Shown here in pieces: positions 9,127 through 18,617 of a stretch of DNA of 64,000 bases. Positions within the stretch are counted from its first letter, which is position 1. Every line of letters starts with the position of its first letter. This stretch comes from Chloroflexota bacterium (lineage in GTDB: Bacteria > Chloroflexota > Dormibacteria > CF-121). Under the pieces are notes generated by a model. The model made no database searches. It saw nothing but the letters and a program-made list of their open reading frames with translations, and had not been told where the DNA came from. A program made the translations under genes and the position numbers. The DNA is taken from the NCBI GenBank assembly GCA_005882775.1, contig VBDY01000121.1, forward strand, positions 2,440 through 66,439. Direction: 5' to 3'.

Positions 9127-10449
9127 GTGCCAACCCTGTCCCGGCGCGCCTTTCTCGCGCGCGGTCTCAAGAGCTCGATGGCTGTGGGTGCCGGGCTGTC
9201 GGCCGCGTCTCTGCTCGAGGCCTGCACATCTCGGACACCGGCGGCTCTCACGCCAACCCCGGCGCCGGGGGCCAGTGTGATCAAGACCCTGATGTTCGAC
9301 CAGGTGGGCTATGACCCCGGCGTGCTCCAGACCGTTGCAACTCGGTTCAAGCAACTTCACCAGGACAAGATGTTCGTCTCGATCGAGACGGCGCACTACC
9401 GCGAGCTGTACGAAAGCATCCTGGCTGCGGGCCTTTCAAAGCCCGCCCCATATGACGTGGTGGCGGTGGACCAGGTGTGGGTCCCGGAGCTGGCCGCGCG
9501 GGGTCAGCTTCTCAGCCTGAAAGATCGTATCCCCGACGATGCCCGCGCCGACCTGATGCCCAGCCTGATCGATGCCTTTTCCTACCAGGGGACGCCCTGG
9601 GCGATGCCACACGTCCTCAACGTCCAGAGCCTCTACTACAACAGTGCGCACCTGAAAGGGGCGGGCTTTCGCAATCCACCGGCGACCCTCGAGGAGTGGT
9701 ACTCGCAGATGCGCTCACTGCGGAGCCGGCAGACTCCTTACATAGACTCCTGGGCCGAGGGCGAAGGGCTGGTTTCGGACTTTGTCCGGCTGGCTGCCCA
9801 GTTCGGCGGTGACCTGTTCGACGCGAACGGTCATCCGCAGCTGCAGACCCGGCCGGTGCAGCGGGCGGCCGCATTCATGCGGCAGCTGATCGACGAGAAT
9901 CTGGTGCGCTCCGAAATCGGCGCCACCAATGAACCGGACGCCATGCGCGCCTTTCTGTCAGGTTCGGTGACCTACACGACCAATTGGAACTTCGTATACG
10001 GGGCCATGGGCGACCCCGCCTTCTCCCAGATCATCGGGCAGGGTGCGGTGGCACCGGTACCTCCGGTGGCCGCGGTTGGCACTCCGGCCGCGACCGTGAG
10101 TGGGTTCCTCGGGTTGGCCGTGCTCGCCAACAGCCAATTTCCCGACCTCGCCGTCTCCTGGCTGCGCTATCTGACAAGTCCCGAGGTGCAGGCCCAACAG
10201 CTGACCCAGCTGCCTATCTGGACCTCGCTCCAGAACTCGCCGGATCTGCATCGGGCAAACTCCCAGATCGACGTCTTCCTGACCAACCTCGCCTACGCTC
10301 GGCCCCGTCCCAAGCTGACCCGCTACGTAGAGGCCTCCGCGGTGCTCCAGCGTCACCTCCACGACCTGGTCCTGGGCTCGGCCTCCCCGTCGACGGCCAT
10401 GGCCGGCGCCCAGGCCGAACTCGTCGCCCTCGAAGCGCGCGGGCACTAG
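9127..10449 (+). CDS. ABC transporter substrate-binding protein (family 1, sugar-type), Tat/lipoprotein signal
   Basis: N-terminus SRRAFLARG...LLEAC (twin-arginine plus lipobox-like Cys). Size and composition are typical of extracellular solute-binding family 1. There are no adjacent permease genes. Confidence 0.8.
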   Translation: MPTLSRRAFLARGLKSSMAVGAGLSAASLLEACTSRTPAALTPTPAPGASVIKTLMFDQVGYDPGVLQTVATRFKQLHQDKMFVSIETAHYRELYESILAAGLSKPAPYDVVAVDQVWVPELAARGQLLSLKDRIPDDARADLMPSLIDAFSYQGTPWAMPHVLNVQSLYYNSAHLKGAGFRNPPATLEEWYSQMRSLRSRQTPYIDSWAEGEGLVSDFVRLAAQFGGDLFDANGHPQLQTRPVQRAAAFMRQLIDENLVRSEIGATNEPDAMRAFLSGSVTYTTNWNFVYGAMGDPAFSQIIGQGAVAPVPPVAAVGTPAATVSGFLGLAVLANSQFPDLAVSWLRYLTSPEVQAQQLTQLPIWTSLQNSPDLHRANSQIDVFLTNLAYARPRPKLTRYVEASAVLQRHLHDLVLGSASPSTAMAGAQAELVALEARGH

Positions 10450-10458
10450 CATGTAGCA

Positions 10459-10887
10459 GTGACCCTCGACCAGCAAACCGCTCTGTTCTATCGGATCGGG
10501 CTGGTGGAGGGGGTCGTGCTCCTGCTCCTGTTCGTGCTCGCTTTTGGCGCGCTCACGATCCTCGGCCGCCATCTGCTGGCCAGCCTTTCTCTGCGAGAGT
10601 CGCTGCTTGCTCGCCTGGCCGGCGCCGGCGTGCTGGCCGCCGTTGCCGCCGGCGGGGCCAGCTCGGTGGTCGTCAGCTTCCTCGAAGCCGCCGCCCTGTC
10701 GAGTCCAAACGCCTCGGTCGATGCCGCTCGCAACCAGGCCCTGATCGGCCTGGTGATGGCCGCCGCCCTGGCCATTGCCGGCACGATTCGGATCGAGATG
10801 TATCAACGTCGTACCAATCAAGGCACCGCTCCCGAGGAAGAGGGCGAGTGGCGTGTGGAGGACCCCGGCGCGGTCAGACGCAGCTAG
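10459..10887 (+). CDS. hypothetical small membrane protein
   Basis: 142-aa ORF with 3-4 hydrophobic stretches, GTG start 10 nt after the SBP stop. Confidence 0.4.
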   Translation: MTLDQQTALFYRIGLVEGVVLLLLFVLAFGALTILGRHLLASLSLRESLLARLAGAGVLAAVAAGGASSVVVSFLEAAALSSPNASVDAARNQALIGLVMAAALAIAGTIRIEMYQRRTNQGTAPEEEGEWRVEDPGAVRRS

Positions 10888-10978
10888 GACTCGTAGCGAA
10901 ACGGCTCGACAGGCTCCATTCGGTTTGGTATACAGTCCCGTATACAGCTCGTGAGAGCAAAAGGGAGGAGGCCGACAC

Positions 10979-11953
10979 ATGAATCGACGCATCCACAGTC
11001 TGGTCGCGCGGCGGGTCGCTGTGCCGCTGGCGGCGATGCTCCTGCTCGCCGCTTGCGGTAGCACGTCCAGCCCGGCGGCAACCACCGCGGGCGGGCCGAG
11101 CAAGGTCGATAGCATCGCCAGCGAAGTCCCCGATTCGATCAAATCCCTGGCCCCATTGCAGATCGCCACCGACGCGACCTATGCGCCGAACGAGTTCATC
11201 AACCCCGAAACCGGTGCCATCGAAGGCTGGGACATCGACTTCGGCAACGCCATCTGCAAGGTCATGGGCGTCGTCTGCACGTTCAACAACGTCATCTTCG
11301 CGGACATCATCCCCCAGCTAAAAGCCCAAAGCCCGCGCTACCTTTTCAGCCTCTCCAGCTATACGCCCACCGCGGATCGCGAGAAGGGTGGCATTGATTT
11401 CATCACCTACTACAAGGCCGGTGAAGCCTGGGTGGTGAAGGCGGGCGGGCCGACGGTCAACACCGCCGCCGACATGTGTGGACACACCGTGGCCGTTGAG
11501 ACGACCACCGTCGAGGAGAGTGACGCCTGGGGCTTCATGGGCAAGCAGGTTGGGGGTACAGCCATCCCCGGCGACAAGAACAATTGCCCGGCGGGCAAGG
11601 ACATTACGGTGAGGAGCTTCGACAAGCAGACGGACGCCAACTCGGCCCTGCTTTCCGGTCGAGCTGACATCCTATGGGCCGACCAGCCTGTCTCCGACTA
11701 CCAGGTGCAGCAGAGCCATGGGCAGATGAAGCTCGGTGGCCAGCCGTGCAGCCTCGCCCCCTACGGCATTGCCATGGTCAAGAACAGCCCCCTGGAAAAA
11801 CCCATCACCGACGCCGTCAAGTATCTGATCGATAACGGGTACTACACTGCCATCCTCAAGAAGTGGGGCGTCCAGGACGGTGCCATCGCCAGCTCCGATG
11901 TGGCGCTCAACAACAACAACTCAATCGGTTCCAGCTGTGTCCCCTCTTACTGA
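10979..11953 (+). CDS. amino-acid ABC transporter substrate-binding lipoprotein (family 3)
   Basis: Lipobox LLLAACGS. Family-3 SBP length, followed by a cognate permease and ATPase. RBS GGGAGGAGG upstream. Confidence 0.85.
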   Translation: MNRRIHSLVARRVAVPLAAMLLLAACGSTSSPAATTAGGPSKVDSIASEVPDSIKSLAPLQIATDATYAPNEFINPETGAIEGWDIDFGNAICKVMGVVCTFNNVIFADIIPQLKAQSPRYLFSLSSYTPTADREKGGIDFITYYKAGEAWVVKAGGPTVNTAADMCGHTVAVETTTVEESDAWGFMGKQVGGTAIPGDKNNCPAGKDITVRSFDKQTDANSALLSGRADILWADQPVSDYQVQQSHGQMKLGGQPCSLAPYGIAMVKNSPLEKPITDAVKYLIDNGYYTAILKKWGVQDGAIASSDVALNNNNSIGSSCVPSY

Positions 11954-12092
11954 GGTAGATCTCTGACGAGCTGAACTCAGCGAGGGTTACCAACTGAGCG
12001 AGATAACCGCCGGCCCGCCGTTCCGGTCCTCGCAGACCGGGCGGCGCCCGGCGGCGATCAAGGCGATACCGGTCCGGCACCCAGGGCGTTGG

Positions 12093-12995
12093 GTGGCGGC
12101 GGTTCTCGTGCTGGCAATTATCGCCGGGATCGCGTACACGATGGCCACGGCTCCCAACCTGAGGTGGGAGGCCGTTGGTCACTTCCTCTTCCAGCGACTG
12201 ATCCTGCAGGGAATCGTCATCACCCTCGAGTTGACCGCCCTGGCCATGCTGATCGGCATCGTGCTGGGGGCGATCGTGGCCGTGATGCGGCTATCCCCCA
12301 ACCCGGTGGTGTCATCGGTGAGCTGGTGCTATATCTGGTTCTTTCGAGGGACTCCCGTCCTCGTCCAGATCTTCTTCTGGTACAACCTTGCGACCGTGCT
12401 CCCATATGTGGGGCTGGGAATCCCCTTCACACCCATCCACTGGCAGGCCCCCACCAATTCCCTCATTGCTCCTTTCATGGCCGCGACGCTCGGCCTGGGA
12501 TTGAACGAGGCGGCTTACATGGCCGAGATCGTCCGCGCCGGCATCATTTCCGTCGAGCACGGACAGACCGAGGCGGCTCAGGCGCTGGGAATGACACGCC
12601 TGCTTGTGATGCGCCGCATCGTCCTCCCCCAGGCAATGCGGGTGATCATCCCTCCCACTGGAAATGAAACCATCTCGATGCTCAAGACTTCTTCGCTGGC
12701 CTTTGTCGCGTCGGTGCCAGAGCTCTTCACCCGATCGCAACAGATTGCTAGCGCAAATTACGATGTGATAGAGCTGGCGATTGTGGCCAGCATCTGGTAC
12801 CTGGCGATGACATCGATCCTTACGGTTGGCCAGTATTACCTGGAGCGATACTTCGGCCGGGGTTCCCTCAGAGAGCTCCCGCCAACTCCGCTGCAGCGCT
12901 TCCGGCGAATGCTCCTCACCTTCCACGCGCCGCCGCCGATGCCACCGGACGTTGCTCCGCCGGGCCCGGCTGTGCCTGGCAGCGAGCACCGGTGA
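12093..12995 (+). CDS. amino-acid ABC transporter permease (His/Glu/Gln/Arg/opine family)
   Basis: EAA-type loop region ([15 protein letters not shown]) and 5-6 TM segments. The frame is open and protein-like back to 11967, and a CTG at 11994 has GAGGG 7 nt upstream, so the true start may be upstream. Confidence 0.85.
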   Translation: MAAVLVLAIIAGIAYTMATAPNLRWEAVGHFLFQRLILQGIVITLELTALAMLIGIVLGAIVAVMRLSPNPVVSSVSWCYIWFFRGTPVLVQIFFWYNLATVLPYVGLGIPFTPIHWQAPTNSLIAPFMAATLGLGLNEAAYMAEIVRAGIISVEHGQTEAAQALGMTRLLVMRRIVLPQAMRVIIPPTGNETISMLKTSSLAFVASVPELFTRSQQIASANYDVIELAIVASIWYLAMTSILTVGQYYLERYFGRGSLRELPPTPLQRFRRMLLTFHAPPPMPPDVAPPGPAVPGSEHR

Positions 12996-13762
12996 CGAGC
13001 GCCAGGCCGATGGTCAAAGCAGAGGCGGTTCACAAGAGCTTCGGCAGGCTCGAGGTGCTCCGCGGAATTGACCTCGAGGTCGCTCCCAGAGAGGTGATGT
13101 GCATGATTGGCCCTTCCGGGTCGGGCAAGAGCACGTTCCTCCGCTGCATCAATCATCTGGAGAAAATCGACGCGGGGCGGCTGTCCGTCGACGGAGAGCT
13201 GGTGGGTTACCGCGAGCGGGGCGACAAGCTCCACGAGCTCCCCGACAAGGAGGTCTGCCGCAAACGATCCGAGATCGGCATGGTCTTCCAGCGGTTCAAC
13301 CTGTTTCCTCACATGACAGCGCTGGAGAACGTGATCGAGGCGCCCATCCGGGTGAAGAAGGAGAGTCGTGCTGTGGCCGCGGCGCGAGCCCGCAAGCTAC
13401 TCGACCGCGTCGGCCTCTCCGAAAAGATGAACGCCTATCCCAACCAGCTTTCGGGCGGCCAGCAGCAGCGTGTGGCGATCGCAAGGGCGCTGGCGATGGA
13501 GCCGAAGCTGATGCTCTTCGACGAGCCAACTTCGGCCCTCGACCCGGAGCTGGTGGGAGAGGTGCTCGACGTCATGCGTGGTCTGGCCGGTGACGGCATG
13601 ACCATGGTGGTGGTGACCCATGAGATGGGCTTCGCGCGCGAGGTCGGTGACAGCTTGGTGTTCATGGATGGCGGGGTGATCGTGGAAGAGGGCAAACCCC
13701 GCGACGTGCTCACGAACCCGCAGCAGGAGCGGACCCGTACGTTCCTGTCGAAGGTGCTGTAG
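12992..13762 (+). CDS. amino-acid ABC transporter ATP-binding protein (GlnQ-like)
   Basis: Walker [10 protein letters not shown], signature [15 protein letters not shown], Walker [17 protein letters not shown] overlap with the permease stop. Confidence 0.9.
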   Translation: MTSARPMVKAEAVHKSFGRLEVLRGIDLEVAPREVMCMIGPSGSGKSTFLRCINHLEKIDAGRLSVDGELVGYRERGDKLHELPDKEVCRKRSEIGMVFQRFNLFPHMTALENVIEAPIRVKKESRAVAAARARKLLDRVGLSEKMNAYPNQLSGGQQQRVAIARALAMEPKLMLFDEPTSALDPELVGEVLDVMRGLAGDGMTMVVVTHEMGFAREVGDSLVFMDGGVIVEEGKPRDVLTNPQQERTRTFLSKVL

Positions 13763-13773
13763 GCTCCAGGCAG

Positions 13774-14952
13774 CTACGCCGGCCGGGTCGCAGAGCGTGC
13801 TTGGAGAAGGGCGAGTGTCAATGCCCCGAGGCCGAAGAGGCAGGCGGCGAGGCCCACCAGCCCGCCCAGAATCGGGATAAGGGTCAGGATCGAGAGCACG
13901 ACCAGCCCGCCCAGGAGTTCGAGAGCGGGATGCAGCCCTCGCCAGCCCAACCGGTCGAACCCGAACCGACCGATCAGGTAGCCGCTGACCACGTAGCCGA
14001 GTGCCAGCGCCAGGATATAAGCGACGACCAGGAGCAGTGCCAACCACCAGCCACCCACGAAGATGCCGGCGATAAAGACGATGATCGCGGCGATCGGCAC
14101 CCCGATAAGTACAGCGGCGCCGATGCCAAGGCTGGCCCATGGGGAGGCTTCCAATCGACTGAGGACGCGGCGGCTGAAGCCCGGGAAGAGAAGCACCAGC
14201 AGGAGCCCGAGGATGAAGATCCCGATCAGCGCGCGCAGCCAGCTGAGGAATCCATTTGCCGCCCCGCTGGCTCCCCTGTCCGTTGGCGTGTGCCGGGTGG
14301 TAGTGCCGTCAACACGCGCTCCGGCGGCGGTAGCGACCTGGTTGTCGCTGGTGTAGTCAAGGTTCCCGGCGATCGAGGCTTTCGACTCCAGCCGGAGGTG
14401 GTTCACCCGCGCCGTCACGTTGCCGCCAACACTGTTTCGCAGGGTCAGGTCGCCGGCGCTGGCCAGCACGTTTCGCTTCACAGGCGCGTCCACCGTGGTG
14501 GTCCCGGTACCGAGGAGCAGGTCGCGTCCAATTGTCGCGCTGGGTCCTATCGACACGGTTCCGCCGACGACCACGACGTCCTCGCCCACCGGGCCGCTGA
14601 TGGTGACTGTGCCGCCTGCAGCCCGGATGCTCCCGTCGACCCGGCCCGTAATCGTGATGTTTCCGCCCGATACCATCACATCGCGGTGGACAGGGCCGCT
14701 GATTGTGATCGTGCCGCCGGCTGCGACCAGGCTGCCGTTGATGGTGCCGGCGACATCTATGGTTCCGGCAAACGCGTACAGGTCGTCCTGGATCGAGTCG
14801 CCGGCCCCAACACCTACCTGAGGTCCCTGGCGGACATCGGCAGCAACAACGCCGAGTGGCGCCAGCGCCGCAATTGCGACGATGAAGGGCGCCCCCAACC
14901 GAATCATGCGAATTCCGCCCCTACCCCTCATGGCATGATCGTACGCCTCCAC
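13774..14952 (-). CDS. secreted/membrane-anchored beta-helix repeat protein (bactofilin-like 'polymer-forming cytoskeletal' repeats) with C-terminal multi-TM domain
   Basis: N-terminal signal-like segment, then about 10 tandem ~18-20 aa G-x-[VI]-x-[IV]-x-G-x-V repeats (GGTITISGPVHRDV, GGNITITGRVDGSI, GGTVTISGPVGEDV...), then about 4 TM helices. GTG start with GAGGG 6 nt upstream. Confidence 0.6.
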   Translation of the reverse strand: MEAYDHAMRGRGGIRMIRLGAPFIVAIAALAPLGVVAADVRQGPQVGVGAGDSIQDDLYAFAGTIDVAGTINGSLVAAGGTITISGPVHRDVMVSGGNITITGRVDGSIRAAGGTVTISGPVGEDVVVVGGTVSIGPSATIGRDLLLGTGTTTVDAPVKRNVLASAGDLTLRNSVGGNVTARVNHLRLESKASIAGNLDYTSDNQVATAAGARVDGTTTRHTPTDRGASGAANGFLSWLRALIGIFILGLLLVLLFPGFSRRVLSRLEASPWASLGIGAAVLIGVPIAAIIVFIAGIFVGGWWLALLLVVAYILALALGYVVSGYLIGRFGFDRLGWRGLHPALELLGGLVVLSILTLIPILGGLVGLAACLFGLGALTLALLQARSATRPA

Positions 14953-14967
14953 TGGGCGCCCTCACCC

Positions 14968-17163
14968 TCATCCTCGTGCGCGGGTTGCGGCGGGCTTCGG
15001 GAGCCACCAATTCCAGCGGCCCAGGACCCGCATCCAGGCGGGAACGAGCAGCAGCCGGATGATGCTTGCATCGACGGCGATCGCGATCGCGAAGCCGAGC
15101 CCAACCTCCTTGGTTGCGACCAGGGTGCTGAGCGCAAAGAACCCGAACACGATCACCATCACCATCGCCGCGCTGGTGATGATCCGGCCGGTGTGCTTCA
15201 TCCCCAGCGCGACCGCCTGCCGGTTGTCGCCGCTCCGGCGGTACTCTTCGGCCACCCGGCTCAGAAGGAAGACCTCGTAGTCCATGCTCAGCCCGAAAAG
15301 GCCGGCGAACATCACTATCGGTACGGTGCTTTCAATGGACAGCTGGGGCGAGAAGCCCAAAAGCCCGCGCAGATGGCCCCACTGAAAAATAAATGTCACC
15401 ATGCCGTAGGCGACGGCGAGCGAGAGCAAATTCATAAGGATGGCCTTGAGCGGGAGTACGACCGAACGAAAGCCGACGAGAAGCAGCAAGTACGTGATCG
15501 CGAGGACCGCGGCGATGATCCAGGGAAAGGGTCCGTAGATAGCGTTAGTCCAATCGAGGTCGAACGCCGGCTCCCCGCCGACCAGAGTTCGGAGGTTGGC
15601 AGGTAGAGCGACACTGCGAACGCGCTTGACGGCCTCCTCGGCGGCGACCGCGTTGGGTTGGTCACGGAGCTGCGCCACCAGCAGCCCGGTGTGCTGCGAG
15701 ACAGCCAGGGCTCCCGGGGCTACGCCGTAGACAGCCATCGGGCTCTGTCCGCCCGGCGAGATGCCATCGGCATACGACATGACGCTGCTTACCTCAGGGT
15801 CCTTCTTGACCTGGTCCTCGAAGACGCGCACCGACCGGATGACACCCGGGTCACTCATGAGGTCGTCACTGATGAGCGCGATCATCAATGGCTGGGTCCG
15901 GGGCTGATTCAAGGATTGCTGAGCAATGGCGGTCCCGACACGCAGTGGGCTGTCTGCCGGGAGCACCTCGTCACCGGTGAGGTTCACATTGAGAGTCCTG
16001 ACCGGAGAAGCCAGCAACAGGGCGAGGAGGGTGACGGCGACGATCACCCTAACCGGCCGCCGCATGATCATGACCGCCAATCGGTGCCAAAAGCCACCGG
16101 CCCTCGGCCGGGCCCAGGCGAAACCCCAACGGTCGACGTGGTTGCCCACCACGCCCAGGATGGCGGGCAGGAGGGTCAGTGCCGTCAGGAGCGAAAGGAT
16201 GACCACGATCATCCCGCCGATCCCCATCGACCGTAAGGGCACGATCCCGCTGGTTGCCAGCGCTGAAAAGCCGATCACGACCGTGAGGCCGGAGAGAAGG
16301 ACCGTCCTTCCGGCGGCGGAGGCGGTCATGGCGATGGCCTCGGACAGCGGACGCGTCCGTCGCTCCTCCCGAAACCGGTTGACCATGATCAGGGAGTAAT
16401 CGATACCGATTCCCAGGCCGAGCATGGTGGTAACGCTCTGGGCGAAGATCGAGATGTCAGTCAGCCGGCCGAGCAGGGCCAGGAGGGCAAGGCTGAGTGT
16501 GACCGATGCCAGTCCGACCGCGAGCGGCACTCCGGCCGCGATCAAGCCGCCAAAGATCAGCAGCAGAAACACAAGAGCGGCGGGAAGCGACCTCTGCTCG
16601 GCGGCGACAACGTCCTTCTGGCTCTGGGCTTCGAGGGTCTGGAAGAAAGGGCCGGCGCCGATCAAGTAGGTCCTTGCCGGGCCCGCGATGGAGAAGGTCC
16701 CTGCCGCGGCCGCCAGGCGCTTCTGGCTCTCGTAGTCGTCAACGCCGTAGACGCCGATCATCGCTGAATGCCGGTCGGAGCTAACGGGTCCTACCTTGAC
16801 AGTGGCCTGGGGCGCCTGGGCATGCAATGCTGCCTGCCAGCGATCGAGCTGGGTGGCAAAGGTCGGGTCGGTGATTACGGACTGAGTCGATTGGGCGACC
16901 ACGCCCAGGGCCTGTCCCTGCAATTTGAGGTCGCGCTTGAGCCGGTCGTAGGCGCGCTGCGATTCGATGCCGGAGATTACGAAACCACCACTCTTCAGGA
17001 CGTCGGCGACTCCTGCGGCCGGTAGCGCCGCCAGGGCAATCGCCCCGAGCCAGATGGCGATCACAAACCAGCGAAAACGGTAGGCGAGCCAGCCCATCGC
17101 GGCCAGCAGGCCGGCGGGTTCATCGCCGGTGGCGGCGGGCGCAAGCTCGTCTACCGCGGCCAC
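14968..17163 (-). CDS. MMPL-family (RND superfamily) membrane transporter
   Basis: 731 aa with two 6-TM bundles and two periplasmic loops, the duplicated MMPL architecture. The blocks GIGIDYSLIMVNRFREE and GLSMDYEVFLLSRVAEE are the typical repeated MMPL motif. Confidence 0.9.
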   Translation of the reverse strand: MAAVDELAPAATGDEPAGLLAAMGWLAYRFRWFVIAIWLGAIALAALPAAGVADVLKSGGFVISGIESQRAYDRLKRDLKLQGQALGVVAQSTQSVITDPTFATQLDRWQAALHAQAPQATVKVGPVSSDRHSAMIGVYGVDDYESQKRLAAAAGTFSIAGPARTYLIGAGPFFQTLEAQSQKDVVAAEQRSLPAALVFLLLIFGGLIAAGVPLAVGLASVTLSLALLALLGRLTDISIFAQSVTTMLGLGIGIDYSLIMVNRFREERRTRPLSEAIAMTASAAGRTVLLSGLTVVIGFSALATSGIVPLRSMGIGGMIVVILSLLTALTLLPAILGVVGNHVDRWGFAWARPRAGGFWHRLAVMIMRRPVRVIVAVTLLALLLASPVRTLNVNLTGDEVLPADSPLRVGTAIAQQSLNQPRTQPLMIALISDDLMSDPGVIRSVRVFEDQVKKDPEVSSVMSYADGISPGGQSPMAVYGVAPGALAVSQHTGLLVAQLRDQPNAVAAEEAVKRVRSVALPANLRTLVGGEPAFDLDWTNAIYGPFPWIIAAVLAITYLLLLVGFRSVVLPLKAILMNLLSLAVAYGMVTFIFQWGHLRGLLGFSPQLSIESTVPIVMFAGLFGLSMDYEVFLLSRVAEEYRRSGDNRQAVALGMKHTGRIITSAAMVMVIVFGFFALSTLVATKEVGLGFAIAIAVDASIIRLLLVPAWMRVLGRWNWWLPKPAATRARG

Positions 17164-17200
17164 GTCGCCCTCATTTTGATGTACTCGCGCCTGCCTGGGT

Positions 17201-17206
17201 TATGCT
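17201..17206 (+). promoter_or_regulatory. candidate -10 box TATGCT, 6 nt upstream of ATG 17213 (leaderless-type arrangement)
   Basis: TATGCT-cgaagc-ATG. A TTGATG -35-like hexamer lies 19 nt upstream. Confidence 0.3.
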
Positions 17207-17212
17207 CGAAGC

Positions 17213-17608
17213 ATGCCAGCGAAGGTCCCGGAGAATCTGCTCGACCTCTTTGAGGAGCCGGCCCTGGGTCAGGTTTCTTACCTCAACGACAACGGTCAGA
17301 TCGTCACATTTCCGATGTGGGTGGACTTCGATGGCACCCATCTACTCACCAGTTCGCCGGTCGGCTCAAAAAAGGGCCAGGCGCTCCGCAAGCGCCCCCA
17401 GGTCGGAGCCTCTATCGTCAGCGCCAAGAATCCGTGGCACTGGCTTTCAATCAGCGGCCGGGTGGTGGACATTCGCCCGGACGAGAACCTGGCCTTCATC
17501 GACCGTATGTCCCACAAGTACACGGGAAGCGGCTACCAGCGAAGGACACCGCGCGAAATCTTCACCATCGAGATCGACCGCGCCGGCCCGACTCGTTCCT
17601 GGGGCTAG
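17213..17608 (+). CDS. PPOX-class (pyridoxamine 5'-phosphate oxidase fold) probable F420-dependent protein
   Basis: 131-aa split-barrel family pattern (..GQVSYLNDNGQIVTFPMWV....HLLTSS..SKKGQALRKRPQV..). Typical of actinobacterial F420/FMN-binding PPOX proteins. Confidence 0.7.
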   Translation: MPAKVPENLLDLFEEPALGQVSYLNDNGQIVTFPMWVDFDGTHLLTSSPVGSKKGQALRKRPQVGASIVSAKNPWHWLSISGRVVDIRPDENLAFIDRMSHKYTGSGYQRRTPREIFTIEIDRAGPTRSWG

Positions 17609-18507
17609 GGGGCGCTCGGGTTGGGCGTCAGGACAATCTGCGACGCCGGGATCTCGCCATCGACCAGGTTCCACTTGACCAGGATCCGGTGGTAGGTTCC
17701 GTCCTGGTAAATCGCCAGCATCGCCTGCTGCATCGCCTTCAGCATGTCACCGTTCTTGGGATCGACGGCGATGCCTTCCGGACCCGTCCGCAGGGGCGAG
17801 CCCGCCAGTTCGATCGTGTCCGGGCTCTGGGCGACGAAATTTGCGGCCACAGGCGAGTCGTCCATGGCCGCGTCCACCTTGCCCTGGCGCAACTGGATGA
17901 CGGCGTCGGTATTGGTGGGGTACACCCGGATGTTGATATGAGTGGTCTTGCAAACATCGCCGTTGGCCTGGTCGAGCGTGCTCTCCTCCGCGGTCGTGAC
18001 CTGGACCGCGACGTTCTTGCCGCACAGGTCACTCAGCATGGTGATGCTGGCGGGGTTGCCCTTGCGCACCATGATCGACTGGCCAGATTGAAAGTATCCA
18101 ACCAGCGCCACCTGCCGCGAGAGCTCGGGGCTGATGGCGAGTGCGGAAATGACGGCGTCACCCTTCTTGGCCAGGAGACCAGGGATGAGTTGCGAGAGGT
18201 CGGCCTGCTGGAAGCTGGCGGCGAGGCCCATCCTGCCTGCGATGGCGTTGGCGATCTCGATGTCTGACCCGACCGGCTGCTTGGAGCCAGGATCGACCGA
18301 CTCCTGCGGCGGATAGCTCATATCCGATAGGAAGGTGAGCGTGCCGGGTTTGACCAGCGTCTGAGGTGGGGTGATCAGGCCGGGCGTCTGGCTGGCAGCG
18401 CCGGAGGGCGATGCGGAACCGCCAGGCGGTGCCTTGGCAGATGTGCAGCTCGAGAGGAGAACAGCGAACCCTGCTAACGCTGCCAGGCGCCAGCGGGTCG
18501 CGCGCAT
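17605..18507 (-). CDS. amino-acid ABC transporter substrate-binding lipoprotein (family 3), orphan
   Basis: Start moved to ATG 18507 (MRATRWRLAALAGFAVLLSSCTS lipobox). The longer ORF to 18666 would overlap hutH. The stop shares the tetranucleotide CTAG with the convergent PPOX gene. Confidence 0.8.
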   Translation of the reverse strand: MRATRWRLAALAGFAVLLSSCTSAKAPPGGSASPSGAASQTPGLITPPQTLVKPGTLTFLSDMSYPPQESVDPGSKQPVGSDIEIANAIAGRMGLAASFQQADLSQLIPGLLAKKGDAVISALAISPELSRQVALVGYFQSGQSIMVRKGNPASITMLSDLCGKNVAVQVTTAEESTLDQANGDVCKTTHINIRVYPTNTDAVIQLRQGKVDAAMDDSPVAANFVAQSPDTIELAGSPLRTGPEGIAVDPKNGDMLKAMQQAMLAIYQDGTYHRILVKWNLVDGEIPASQIVLTPNPSAP

Positions 18508-18617
18508 CCCTCCCGCCCCTCGCCCGGACGGGGTTATTGCCTTAACCAAAACGCGCCCCAATTCTACGGCTGGTCGGCCGGATCTGCCATAAGAGTTCGG
18601 CGTCGTGGCTGGATAAC

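Noticed and set aside
13801-15606. 601-aa ORF on the plus strand
   Set aside because: It is antisense to the beta-helix protein and the MMPL transporter. Its composition (D/E/R/G/P/H-rich, no motifs) indicates a GC-driven shadow ORF.
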